DNA of 64,000 nucleotides from Heteronotia binoei (taxonomy: Eukaryota), in NCBI RefSeq assembly GCF_032191835.1, contig NC_083234.1:46624001-46688000 (forward strand). The letters run 5' to 3'. Shown here one piece after another: positions 28,401 through 40,000 of this stretch. Both the position numbers and the translations under genes were made by a program. The notes under the pieces were generated by a model. That model was not told where the DNA came from and did no database searches. It saw nothing but the letters and a program-made list of their open reading frames with translations. The first letter of the stretch is position 1, and the number at the start of each line of letters is the position of its first letter.

Positions 28401-29974
28401 ACAGACAGACATTTATTTTAATGAGATCATTTGCATCCTGCCTTTCTGCTCTTTAGTATACCAGAGAAATCACAGGACAGAGACACCATGTATAATGGGA
28501 AACATCAAAAAGAGACTGGAACAAGACAGAAGTCAATTGGCTTGGACTGCACTAACACAATATCCAATGTTGGCCTTCACATCTCTTGCCCTGGCTCCAT
28601 ACATTCTCTCATCACTATAAGTACTGGTCCACAAAGGGGGGGGACCCTGTTTCTTCTCCCTGACACCTCCTCTCCATTAGTTCTCCCACATTCTGATACT
28701 GAAGACCAAATAATCTGAAAAGGATTCAAAAGTAGACAAAATACACTTTGACTATGGAAGTTCCTGCTTCCATGCTTTAGAAACAACTGCACAACAGTTT
28801 CTTCCCAGTCTGATGCCCAACAGGACAAGCAACAATATCTCCTTTCAGATAGCAGTCTGAAAATCAAACAAAGTCAGACTAACAAGATCCTCAGAGACAG
28901 GAGCAATTCTACTGCAAGGTGGCAGAGTTTCATTTCCTAAATGGGACTGGAGAGAATACTGAAAAGGGAATTTACTTAGATTTGTAGTTCACCTTATACC
29001 AGATAAGAAATAATCATATAATGACATACATATGTAAGCTTTTCTAAGAAGGGGAATATAAGAAAATCTCAAAGATGCTCCTCAAGCTAACAGAAGATAC
29101 AATAAGCACATCTAAATAAGTATGTGTGTTGCTGGTGATTCAATGTTTTTCATTCATATCCATAAACACACAAGATTAGACTCTAACCTTAAAGTTGGTG
29201 AGTTCAGAGTCCTTCTGTTTGAGCATTTCTGTCATATAATCGATCAAGTGCAAGCCAAATGCATTTTTGGTGGTGATTTTCTGGAAGAGGACACAACAAT
29301 TTTACATTTATGTATAAATTTGTACTTCATTGAAGAGACAGAGTTACTTTCCACATTTATAAAAAGGCACATTAAATTCTGTGCCAAGAAACCCAAATTC
29401 TATAGCTTGGAGTAGACATGGATTCATTGAAGCTGATTTTTTTTAAACCCAAAGGTTTCTTACATTTTCTGTTGAAAGTTTGATACACGTTGAATAATGA
29501 TCAGCTATCTGGGTATTTGTCAGTCGGGGAATTGCTGGCAATGATGTTTCTGCTTGCCTTAAAGGGGGGGAAAAAGGTTTAGAAAACTATGACATGTGTT
29601 CCTTAAAACACAGGAGAAAATATAAAAAATTGACTGTGCTCTGTATGAATCCTTTATAAGTCTTAAAAACATATTTTATCCAAGTATGTTTCTCCATTGC
29701 CCAAATGTGCACACAATCAATTGGTGGTCAAGCCTTCTTACTTGTTGGAGGGAGACTGTACAGACAGAGGTGATTCAGTGCTAAATTGCAGGTCGAAAAC
29801 CCTGGAGCGCCGCCGCTGCTTTCTTTCCCGCTCATCATCATTTCCAGGACAATTCTCCAGAACAGGAGTGCCAGAGGAGCTAAGTGGTTGCCTCCTGGTA
29901 CCAGGGGACACAAACACGTTGTCAGGAGAGAAGCTTCTTTCACAGCCAGCAGACTGTAGATTTGAAGAAATCAT
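16345..29974 (-). CDS. NCAPH: Condensin complex subunit 2 / non-SMC condensin I subunit H (kleisin), 719 aa
   Basis: complement(join(16345..16404,17482..17557,18732..18817,20160..20276,20731..20898,21889..21996,22204..22326,22598..22704,23658..23806,24039..24244,24920..25011,26332..26521,27443..27561,28099..28237,29188..29280,29464..29557,29742..29974)) = 2160 nt, with consistent phases. Diagnostic peptides: [90 protein letters not shown]. Confidence 0.97.
17158..17406 (-). mobile_element. tRNA-derived squamate SINE (Squam3-like) in an NCAPH intron
   Basis: Minus strand begins gtttggtgtagtggttaag (A box) ... ggtttgattcccc (B box) and ends in a (tct)n-like tail. More decayed copies lie near 1870-2010, 9740-9900, 14740-14870, 37740-37870, 39190-39480 and 57030-57190. 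Confidence 0.8.
17482..17557 (-). CDS. NCAPH: NCAPH exon 17
   Basis: [25 protein letters not shown]. Confidence 0.95.
18732..18817 (-). CDS. NCAPH: NCAPH exon 16
   Basis: [17 protein letters not shown]; tandem GAGCAG acceptor, so the start may be 18820. Confidence 0.85.
20160..20276 (-). CDS. NCAPH: NCAPH exon 15
   Basis: [29 protein letters not shown]. Confidence 0.93.
20731..20898 (-). CDS. NCAPH: NCAPH exon 14 (followed by a GC donor)
   Basis: DADSDDDD...[17 protein letters not shown]; donor AAG|GCAAGT. Confidence 0.92.
21889..21996 (-). CDS. NCAPH: NCAPH exon 13
   Basis: [18 protein letters not shown]. Confidence 0.95.
22204..22326 (-). CDS. NCAPH: NCAPH exon 12
   Basis: [31 protein letters not shown]. 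Confidence 0.9.
22598..22704 (-). CDS. NCAPH: NCAPH exon 11
   Basis: [23 protein letters not shown]. Confidence 0.88.
23658..23806 (-). CDS. NCAPH: NCAPH exon 10
   Basis: [27 protein letters not shown]. Confidence 0.95.
24039..24244 (-). CDS. NCAPH: NCAPH exon 9
   Basis: [23 protein letters not shown]. Confidence 0.93.
24920..25011 (-). CDS. NCAPH: NCAPH exon 8
   Basis: [22 protein letters not shown]. Confidence 0.93.
26332..26521 (-). CDS. NCAPH: NCAPH exon 7
   Basis: [26 protein letters not shown]. Confidence 0.95.
27443..27561 (-). CDS. NCAPH: NCAPH exon 6
   Basis: [26 protein letters not shown]. Confidence 0.93.
28099..28237 (-). CDS. NCAPH: NCAPH exon 5
   Basis: [34 protein letters not shown]. 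Confidence 0.95.
29188..29280 (-). CDS. NCAPH: NCAPH exon 4
   Basis: [31 protein letters not shown]. Confidence 0.95.
29464..29557 (-). CDS. NCAPH: NCAPH exon 3
   Basis: [23 protein letters not shown]. Confidence 0.93.
29742..29974 (-). CDS. NCAPH: NCAPH first coding exon (exon 2; acceptor at 29980-29981, ATG at 29974)
   Basis: MISSN...[32 protein letters not shown]; donor AA|gtaaga. Confidence 0.9.
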
Positions 29975-31598
29975 TGTTGCTATAAAGGAAAGACAAAACA
30001 AGAGCTAATAAGATCTATGGTTCAGCCAATAGCCAAAAAGTTCCTCTTTTACATCATCACCCAGAAATCTCTCCCATTACTTCTTGCCAGTTAATCACAA
30101 CACGCACTTTATCATCCTCACAATATTCTAGTAATAGACTTCCTCTCAAGCAAACCAAAATAAAAGGGAAAAAAAGGAGAGAAGCATAAAAACAGAGGTA
30201 GGTAGATTTTGGACTGCTAGTAGTTCTCTGGCATATCTACAGCATGAGTGAGTGAATGATCCAGACATCCCCAGAAACACGCACCATCATATTAAAGTTA
30301 CACAGGCTCTGCTTGCTTGCCAGCAGCTGATTCCAAGCATTTGGAAAATCTGCATTAATGGAAAATCTGCACTCTTGGCCAGTTTTTTGCCACTGTATTC
30401 TCCTCATCACAGACCTCCTCTCAAAATTTTTAAATACAAAAAACCTGCCTTTTACATTATAACCAAACATACAGTGGACTACAGCCTTCCACATCAGATG
30501 TGCAACATCTATCAAGACAGACAAAAAACCTACTGTATACAATACATAATTACCTTGCCAAATTTGCTCCCATAGGATGTGATCACCACTAGCTTGGACT
30601 GGCCAGATTCACTGAGGGTTGGTTCATTAATGGATATCAGCTATTGTAACTGAAAAGTACCCTCATATTCAAAAGCAGTGCATCTCTGAATGTCAGTGCC
30701 TGAAGTTTTAGCCTCTGTGCTCATGCTGTGAGCCTTCCAGACCATCTGGTTGGCCACTGTGGACTGGATGGACCAGTGGTCTGATTCTTTTTATCTCCTT
30801 AACCTCAGTTGGCAAAGAGGAGTAAAATTGTAAGGCACAGATCTAAAATGACTTAAAGTGCAAGTAGTACAGCTTATGACACTTTCACACAGTCTAAACA
30901 CAAGTACATCAAGCATCACTAATACTGTTGTTTTAAACAGGTCACTTTCTTCTTAACACTACATTTGCACTTCACACAGAAACATCATAGGCTGCACTGC
31001 TTCTTAGCCCCATGGCTTAGATTTCTCTTTCTTTACATCTGTGTCTTTACAACATAGCCAGCGTACTTCAGCACTTAAGTGTCAAACGAGGACTAAGAAA
31101 GCCCAGATTCAAACCCCACATAACGATTATATTCAATGGGTAACGTTAGGAGAGTCACTACCAATAAACATTTTTTTTAAAAGTTGGGCTCTAACAATAC
31201 ATTAGCCTCTACCAAATGAGGATAAAGCTTCACGTATCTCCCCCCTCCCCTCATTCTATGGCTGTTGTGAATTCCCATTAAACAGTTGGGAAAATCCCGT
31301 ATTTTGTCCATACATATTTCAACAGAAAAACAAAACCACAACATATCTAAAGAAACAGGCTCTGGTTCACAAAAGCGGAAACCATAACTAGGTGGCCACA
31401 AAAGGGGGTAGGGGTGGTAAATACCAACAGACTTCTTGAATTCGTAGGAAGATTTTAGATTGGCTCCCTGCATTGGCTAAATCCTGCAGCTCTTGACCAA
31501 TCAGCGATAAGCTTCCTGTCCATCCTCCCACCCGCAGCCTCTTCCAGTAGATATGATACACAGCAGCGCCTTCGTGATCTTTTTCATTTCTAGTTTAC

Positions 31599-31930
31599 CT
31601 GCCTTCACACAGTGAGTCTCAGTCACCTCCTCTCGACCATTCGCTACTCAGAGAATATTAACAAGCACAACTGCGACGGCGACCACGAACGTCTTTCGTT
31701 GTGATGCATTTGAATCAACCCGCGCAAACCCACTGCGCAGGCGCACGCAAAGCTCGAGTCAGACGTCACGGGGAGGACCTTTGGGCTAAAGACAGAGGCG
31801 GTAAGAGAGCGCGCGACAGGAAAGACGGAAAGGGGTTTAAGGCAAGCGCAGTTGGTTTCAGCTCAGACCCACTTCCGCCTGCGTCTCCTACTCTGGGTTC
31901 AGAGTTACGCACATGGTGGGCCGTGTGATC
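31599..31930 (-). promoter_or_regulatory. NCAPH CpG-island promoter and non-coding exon 1 (donor at 31598): CHR-like TTTGAA 31709-31714, NRF1 TGCGCAGGCGCA 31734-31745, CRE-like GACGTCA 31762-31768, ETS ACTTCCG 31871-31877
   Basis: CpG-dense stretch 1.6 kb upstream of exon 2 with donor CAG|GTAAAC. The motifs are typical of G2/M cell-cycle promoters (CHR bound by MuvB/DREAM). Confidence 0.7.
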
Positions 31931-33164
31931 GCTTTTGTCCTTCCCTTAGTAAATTCATCGATCTGTTCTTAATCGCTGTGTAAACTGAATCTGAGCAGCG
32001 GTTCACAAAAGCTCATTTTTGGAACCCCTTGTGAATCCCGAACAATAGTAAAAGCAGAAGCAGGTGGGTCGCCGTGTTGGTCTGAAGCAGTAGAACAAAG
32101 TTTGAGCCCAGTGGCACCTTGGAGACCAACAAATACTTTGACCAATTTCACACTAGACTTTTAATATCGTCTCCAAGCTGACATCCTACACTCAAATCAT
32201 AGTCATAGACTTTGAGTCCATGATTCTAGTGTAGAATATCAGTTTGGGGACAGAGTTAAACCAGGATTAAAGGTCTATTGCGAAATTGGGCCTTATTTGT
32301 CTCAAAGGTGCTACTGGACTCAACACAATGAACATCATCATGGTTAACAGAAAAAAATTTACTCACGATAAAAGGAGGGGATTGGGCCACCAAGAAAGCA
32401 CGTGCCTTCTGAGGTGGTAAAATGCTCTGTCTCATCGTCAGTATTTAAACTTAAAAAGCATATTTCTTCCTAACAGCGGAAAGGCCTCAGCCAGGGATCG
32501 ACGCTTGACGGAGTGCATCTTCTGCATCCAGTTCTCCAAGGGGCCTTGCCTTTGTCTTGGCCTCTTGATGAGGGCTGCCTGCCCCTGAAGTCTTCACAGA
32601 CCTCTCGTGTGTTCCCAACTCCAGATTGGGAAATTAAAACAGGAATCCAGTTAAACAGGATCTTAAAGACCAAAATAATTTATTCTAGCATAAGGCTTCG
32701 AGCCAGAATTTACTTAATCATGTCTGCAGTTTAGAGAATTTATAAGCAAATTGCTTAGAGTCCTTGTTGCACAGCAGGGATTTTTTTTTAAAGTAGCTGA
32801 AACTTTATTTACGTTGCTGGATTTGGTAGTACTGTAATCTTTTAATAATGTCTAGCAACTTTTGCACACCAACTCTTGCTGCCTTTTAGCTGATGCTTGG
32901 GTTAGGAACATTTCAGATAGGCAACTTGTGAATGACTTGAGTGGGGGAAACAACCGTTTTTGCACAGCTTGTTTGCCTAGAGGTTATTACAGTTAGTGAT
33001 GCCAACCTACAGGTAAGACCTGGGAATTACAGTCATCTTCATGCTTCAGAGAACAATTCCCTGGGCTCTGCAGAAAATGGATGGCATTGGACCCCACTGA
33101 GGTCCATGTCCTCTGCATGCTCTCCAAATCTACAGGAGCTTCCCAACCTGGATCTATCAGCCTT

Positions 33165-33675
33165 ATAAGAACATAAGAGAAGCCATGTTGGATCACGCCA
33201 ATGGCCCATCCAGTCCAACACTCTGTCACACAGTGGCCAAAAATTTTTTTTTATGAACATATTTTGATATGCTCCATATTTTTATCTAACCCCCTCTTGA
33301 AGCTGCAGCCACCACCACCTCCTGTGGCAGTGAATGCCACGTGTTAATCACCCTTTGGGTAAAGAAGTACCTCCTTTTATCCGTTCTAACCCGACTGCTC
33401 AGCAATTTCATTGAATGCTCACGAGTTCTTGTATTGTGAGAAAGGGAGAAAAGTACTTCTTTCTCTACCTTCTCCATCCCATGCATAATCTTGTAAACCT
33501 CTATCATGTCACCCTGCAGTCAACATTTCTCCAAGCTAAAAAGCCCCAAGCGTTTTAACCTTTCTTCATAGGGAAAGTGTTCCAAACCTTTAATCATTCT
33601 AGTTGCCCTTTTCTGCACTTTTTCCAATGCTATAATATCCTTTTTGAGGTGCAGTGACCAGAATTGCACACAGTA
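33165..33675 (-). mobile_element. CR1 LINE 3-prime fragment (ORF2 C-terminus + 3-prime UTR)
   Basis: ORF 33286..33507 (MIEVYKIMHG...RTDKRRYFFTQRVINTWHSL) is a typical CR1 ORF2 end; (ttcttatg)-type tail at the left edge. Confidence 0.9.
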
Positions 33676-35472
33676 TTATATTGTAAGGGAATATATGCCC
33701 TCCTCATCCCCTGCTAGTAGCCAGAGGAGAACTGGCAGCCCGAATGAGTTTGAAATAATTTTGTACATTTTTACACTAGCCTTCCAAAGTTGCTGCAGTA
33801 GGCTTACCAACCACTCAGTATCTTACATGGTTAAAGCTAGCTACAAACCCCAGACTCTACCAGTTTTTGACCAGAAGCCACTAAATTCTGTCTCTTCTCC
33901 CATGATGTGCAAAATTCTGGCCCTGGTTTTCCAGATTTTTCCATTCATCCTGAGACATGCTCATGTTGCTTCATGTTCTTACTCCTGACTCTGCTTTCTA
34001 GCTAGTTTTTTTTTAATCAAATTGATTATTCCGTGTCAGCATGGTATACCTGGTGTTTTCCAGTTTTATCCTTAACATGTACTGTTGTTTGTCCAGTCAT
34101 CCATTAACTTAGAGTGGGATTTTCCCACTACAGACTGCTGATCACCTTCTCTCTAAAATTTTGTTTCTGGGTTCAGCAGACCTTCAAGAATAGGATAGGG
34201 GGCAAAATGGATGTGCAGTAGGAGTGGGGAGTTGTTAGAAATCATTACTCCTTCTGCAAAGGGAAGTTCTGTTTGGCCATAGGAAATGCATGGCTGGATA
34301 CTAACCACTCTTCAGTATTTTGCGGATAGAACGAAGTTTGAATCCAGAGGTACTTTTAAGCCCAACAAGTTTAATTCTGGGTATAAGGTTTTGTGTGCAC
34401 GCACATTTTTTTCAGATACAGTAAGCAGATGTACTATCCATAGTTTCATGCCAAATATTGCCTGAGCCTTTCTTACTACATATTGCTGAAGGCAATGTCT
34501 GCCATATGTTGTATTCATTTATTTGCAACAGACTGCCCTATCCTGGCTAATAAATTCCTACTGGAAATATTTGCAGCCAAAGTGCTTCCTTTCTTATCTT
34601 TGGCAAAGGTGCCATGGCTCCCCATTTCAGTGAGGTTTCTGTAGGAAAACTTCTTGAAAGAATGTGCTTCTTGTTAATTAATGGGAAACAGGGGTACCAT
34701 TCACATTTTCTGCCTCAGGTGTGTTGTGTGTTTGAGACAAGTGTGACTATGCTGTGTTTGACATAGGAGTGATTATGATGTCAGGGTCACATAGTTACAT
34801 TTTAGAGATACAGTGTACATAGTGCCCCCCCCCACTTCCAGGTTTATTGAAATGACAGCAGTGCAAAGTTTCAAAAACAGTCATAGTTATTAGACGTCCA
34901 CCGTGATTAGTTGAAAGGGTGTCTTTTTTAAGTATTCTATGTATCTATGTGCTTGTGTGCCTGGAAGTCATGGTGACTTCTGGCAACCCCTAGTGGGGCT
35001 AGGATGTTTCAGAGAGGTGGCTTGATATTGCCCACCTCTTCGTCCTGGCCCTGGTATTCCTTGGAGGTTTCCCATTCAAGTAGTTGTCAGGGTCAGCCCT
35101 GCTTAGTTTCTGAGATTTGATGAGATTGGGCTTGCCTGGACTACCCAGGTCAGGGCAATTGAAGGGGTGTCTTAAGCTAGATCTGGGGAAAGGGTACAAG
35201 ACTGATTTCACTGAATTCTAGGTACAGAAAAAAACAGCAGAACATTTCTTGATGGGACTTTTTATTTCAAGTCTAACAGAGCAAATTCTTTCAGTGTATA
35301 AAATACATAAGAGTAGCTGGCACTAGGAATGTAAGTTGACTTGGTTTTAAAGGCCCAAATCACACCATTCTGGGATCTGTAATGCCATTGCTTCCTGTCT
35401 GGTTGGCTTTCATTACCAATCCTTTTAGGGCAAGCCAAAGAAGATTCACATTCCTGATGCAAGTGCCCTTCC

Positions 35473-37035
35473 CTACTCTTCACAGTCTGTCACCAGAGCC
35501 CTCACTTGTTTTACTACCTCCACAAACTCCCTCACTGCCTCAGCATGAAGGTTTGGGTCTTGTGCCAAGTGCTTAAAAAGATTGACAGGTGCAGCAGTGC
35601 GAAGGGCCTTGGGCATAGGTATCTGAATGGGCAGGGAGATGTTTCCAATCAGGAAGTGGTCAAGACATTTCTCCTGCAGGGCAGTACTCATGAATGCGAG
35701 GATGTCCAGCAGCCTTTGTGCAATATCTTCAGGGGTCCAGTGTGCCAGTGACCGAAGGAGCAAAAGATGCATCAGACAAGTCTTGTAATGGTAGTTAGTG
35801 AGCACAAGGTTCTTCCCGTCTGATGGGCAGCTTGTCTCTTTGAGGCAGATGATGATCTGTAAACATTTCAGGTAGCAGCTCTCCTCTGGGGCTCGCCGGC
35901 TTACCCATTCGAAAAAGAGCAGCTCCTGGATTGCAAAAGTCCTCTGCCAAATGGTACCAGCTGTACAGTCCATCTCAGCATCCTGGGTGGCCAGGAAAAC
36001 CAAACTGTCTCCTTGCTTTACTCCAAGTATGATGTCAACTGAGATTATTTTTCCAGACATAAATGCCAGTTCCAGTTTGCATGATGTGCTGGAAGGCTTT
36101 GGCACGAGATCAAGGTTGTACTTATAACATAGGTTTTTCCAGGCCTTCTTCACAAGACTTTGGAGCCAGAAGATTATTTTATCCACATCTAAGTGGGAGC
36201 TGGTACACAAAAGCTGCATGAGGAAGGCACTTTGGTTGTCTTCACTCAGATCTTTCTCAGGGTGATGAAGGAAGCATACCACGTCTCCAAGCAGCTTTTC
36301 TCTCTTGCACATACACTCTGTCTCCACCAAGACATGTCCATGTTTGTTTGTAGTGCCTTCAGGATCACTAGTTTCCAGTTGGAAAGAGTGTCCTTTGGGT
36401 GGCAACACTGGTACCAGGATGCTGAATGCCTCAGACTGTTGTGTGTGCCATCCTTCAAAGGCACTGCCCACCCCAATACAGTCCTCAAACAGAGGAAGGG
36501 TGTTTTGATAGGGCAGGTCATTCCTGCAGGCCTCCAGCAGGCGATTCACAAAGGACACAACAAAATCACACATATCGGTTAAGTCACTGGTATCCATATG
36601 GGTGTGTTGGTCAAAGAAAGCCTCTAGCACTTGTTGGCTGTTGCCACATGTTTCGATTTCCATGTCAGTATCATCATCAACGTCATCTCCATTGGTACTG
36701 CTGGTGGTATCTGTGATGGAATCATCATAGAGTTCCTTTTCAGGGGTATATATGTAGCTCACTAAGAAGAACAGAGCGATCACATAGTGCCACACATCCC
36801 AGGTTTCATCATCTATGGGCTGATCAGTTGTAATCCGCTCCTTTGGAGTCTGCAGCAGCTCCAAGGTCCAGCCTTTCTGGTCAAATTCTGTCTGAAGCTG
36901 CTCCATTTGCTGTTTCATCCGCTTCTCATGGTCCTGGATCCGAGTCAGCGTGGCAAAGTCTGTATGGTCACTGACCATCAGGGGGTGGTGGACCAGAGTT
37001 AGCGCAGCCAAGAAGATGAGAGGACCCCAAAGCAT
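35473..37035 (-). CDS. ITPRIPL1: Inositol 1,4,5-trisphosphate receptor-interacting protein-like 1 (Mab-21/cGAS-like fold), 520 aa, single coding exon
   Basis: Intact ORF with signal peptide, VHHPLMVSD, coiled coil, TM segment and acidic linker. Motifs EDCIGVGSAFEGW, ECMCKREKLLGDV, YHYKTCLMHLL, HFLIGN, PVNLFKHL. Upstream of NCAPH in the same orientation; splice acceptors at 37037-38 and 37054-55. Confidence 0.95.
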   Translation of the reverse strand: MLWGPLIFLAALTLVHHPLMVSDHTDFATLTRIQDHEKRMKQQMEQLQTEFDQKGWTLELLQTPKERITTDQPIDDETWDVWHYVIALFFLVSYIYTPEKELYDDSITDTTSSTNGDDVDDDTDMEIETCGNSQQVLEAFFDQHTHMDTSDLTDMCDFVVSFVNRLLEACRNDLPYQNTLPLFEDCIGVGSAFEGWHTQQSEAFSILVPVLPPKGHSFQLETSDPEGTTNKHGHVLVETECMCKREKLLGDVVCFLHHPEKDLSEDNQSAFLMQLLCTSSHLDVDKIIFWLQSLVKKAWKNLCYKYNLDLVPKPSSTSCKLELAFMSGKIISVDIILGVKQGDSLVFLATQDAEMDCTAGTIWQRTFAIQELLFFEWVSRRAPEESCYLKCLQIIICLKETSCPSDGKNLVLTNYHYKTCLMHLLLLRSLAHWTPEDIAQRLLDILAFMSTALQEKCLDHFLIGNISLPIQIPMPKALRTAAPVNLFKHLAQDPNLHAEAVREFVEVVKQVRALVTDCEE

Positions 37036-40000
37036 CCTGACTTACACTTGTTTCTAGAGAAAAGCATGGAAGGAAACGGTTCAAGCTGAAGCCCAAGGAA
37101 GACAATAGGCAAGGCTATTGTGGCTCTCAAAGCCTCCCACTGCCCCATTGGCCGGCTTGGAGAAGTAATTTGTCGCTTTAAATAATTTCGCCAAGCTAGC
37201 TGGTGGCTTGGAGAATGCATTTTAAGTGAAAGTTGCTTTCTTTCCTCCGTCTCCCTCCACTCCCCCATCTATTTGCCTGCCTGCCTTCCTGACTTGTGGC
37301 TCTCAAACATGACATTTATTCTATGTGGCTCTTACATTAAGCAAGTTTGACCACCCCTGGTCTTTAGGAAATGCATATCTTCTTTTGTACAGGTCAACCT
37401 CTTGCTTCCCTCCCCCCCTTTCTTTTTTTCTCCTTAAAAAAGTCAAAGAATAGAACTTATGCGGCACACCTTGGATTAGGAAAACAAGTGTCCTATACAG
37501 TTAGTTTAGAATATTTTTTGTCAGTACTGCCACTATTATAGGTAGCTTAGAAAACCAGAGAAAAATAAAACAATATAATCTGTGGGAGTGGGATAAGAAC
37601 AAAAAATCAGCAACCCAGCAGGAGAAACAAAAAAAATAAAGATAGCAGGGTAAAAAGCCTCCTGTTCAATCTACCCATTGAAATGAAAGCCAACCCTTAT
37701 CCAGACTCTTCTCCAAGGGCCTTGGGACAGCAAATTCAGTACTCTGCTCCTCTGTTTTATCCTCGCAACAACAGGTAGGCTGTGAAAGAGTGACTGACTC
37801 AAAGTCACTCTTAGGGAGTTTCATATTTGAGCAAAGATTTCAACTTGGGCCTTTTCTGGTTGGAGTCCAACACTCAACCCTGGTGGCTCCAATCAGGATA
37901 GCTCACACTTTTTCTGGTCCTGCTTGAGTGCCCTCACTGTCAGAGGATGCAGGTGACGACATTTCCTCGTTTCATTTTATACCTATGGCAGGAAAGCTTC
38001 ATAGGCTTAATTTTTCCACCACTTCCATACCTATCTATGGAAGCACTCTGGGGCAATGTATCCTGTACCAGGGGTCTCAATACATCACCTCCTGATGGGC
38101 AAAGCACAACATCCTAAGTAACTAACTTGTTAAAAGCCTGATCCTTCCCAAGTTGTCCTGCCTTCTTTCAACATTGCTGGCTGCTACTGACTGCAACATC
38201 AGCCTCTCCCATTATGACTTGGACATCTGTGAAATCACATCTATCCAAAAGTCATAGCTGTCCTTAAATGGATAGGATCTAGCCTCAGCTGCTCTTCTGT
38301 TGCTTCTGCTCTTCTGTTGCTCTTCTGTTGCTTCAAGGTAAGTTAGCCTGAGAGAGGAAGACTGGCCAAAAGTTACGTAGCAAACTTCATGCCAGAGTGG
38401 CATTGATTAAAAAAGTTTAGTTTTTATCAAATAGAAACTACTTAAATGCTCACTAGAGATAAGAGATACTAACAAGTTCAAGGCTACAGTTCCTGGTTTT
38501 TAGACTTGGAACAGCCATTGGATTGGTTACAGAGGAAAGACCTCAGTAGCCTCAGTCAGTTCCAAACTGGTCAGAACTGTTGGGGGTGAATCCATTAAAA
38601 ATTCCAAAACCAATGTGCTTGTGTAAAGTGCCATCAAGTCACAGCTGATCTATGATGAGCCCAGCCAAGGGGCTTTCAAGGTAAGTGAGAAGCAGAGGTG
38701 CTTTGCCATTGCCTTCCTCTGCAGAGTCTTCTTTGGTGGTCTTCCTCCCAAGTGCCAAGCCTACTTCACTTCTTAGATCTGATGAGATCTGCCTGCACTG
38801 TACCACCTTCCCTCCCCACAAAGCCAACAGTAATGAATAATACCTTATTTCACTGGTTCTAGGCAAAGCACTATTTAAATTGGTTCCAAAGGAGCACTTT
38901 TCACAAGCACTCTGGAGCAATGAAGGAGTGCCTTCAGAACTGTTACCCTGAAATTATACAGGAGAGAAAGCTTTGCATCATTGGTCATCCAGGCATACTT
39001 CTCAGAAGTGACTCACAAAATTATTAAACACACAGTTCGCTGCAAAGTAAGCAACAGAACTTCATGCTTTAGTGTGAAATCATCACTCATGCTTGATGTT
39101 AAGATTGAATTCTGTTTGTCTGAACAGGTATTCTAGATTCTCTGTTAGAACATCAAGAGAAATTGCTGTAAGAGGTACATACCAACTGATCTGTCTTTTT
39201 TAATCCCACCCTTCCTCCAAGGAGCTCAGGGTGACAAACTTGGTTTTCCTCTGCTCCAGTTATCTTTATTTTATTTATTTCTTTTATTTATACCCCACCC
39301 TCCCCACGAAAGCAGGCTCAGGGCGGCTTACACACTCATGTAAATACATGGAACAAAAAAATCGTATTAAGATATAAAAACAAAAAATCTTCACAATGAT
39401 CCTATAAGGTAAGTTAGCCTGAGAGAGGAAGACTGGCCAAAAGTTATGTAGCAAACTTCATGCCAGAGTGGCATTGATTAAAATAAATAAATCATACATA
39501 AATTGCAATTACCCGTGTAGATCATTTTCGCAGGTCACCAGTTGAATATCCAGGACCTTATGCAATTCCACAGGGCCTGTAAGGCAAAGATGTTCCACCA
39601 GGCTTTCAGTTGAGAGCAGTAATAGTCTATATTCTGGCTGGCACCCTCTGTCCCCTCGGATTGATATAATTGTTCCGCCCCACATTCACAAGGTGTCCAC
39701 AGGCTGGGAATAGGAGGAAACTAACCTTTGCCACCTGATCTCTTAAATTAATGTATTGATATGATTATGTACTGGTTTTATGGTTTTTTATGTTTGTATA
39801 ATGTACATCGCCTAAAGCCCTACAATAGTGGGGATTTGGTGATTCATAAATGAAATAAATATAGAGCATGATGGAATTTAGATAAAGCTTATGGAGCAAA
39901 AGTTGGAACATTATTTTGTCATAGGAAAACTTCATTCTTCTCTGGTGGAAATCAGCTGCAGGGATTTGACTCCCTTAGGCCCTCTAAGCCCATTCCTGTT

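Noticed and set aside
28577-28867. Minus-strand ORF with a good acceptor inside NCAPH intron 4
   Set aside because: No NCAPH similarity, and the flanking exons join in frame without it.
31623-31640. ATG in exon 1 as the NCAPH start codon
   Set aside because: It hits a stop after 5 codons with the strong donor, and the alternative donor at 31626 gives the wrong phase for exon 2.
36193-37002. Several plus-strand ORFs, and similar ones opposite NEURL3, NCAPH and Pitx exons
   Set aside because: Antisense or alternate-frame shadows of real coding exons.
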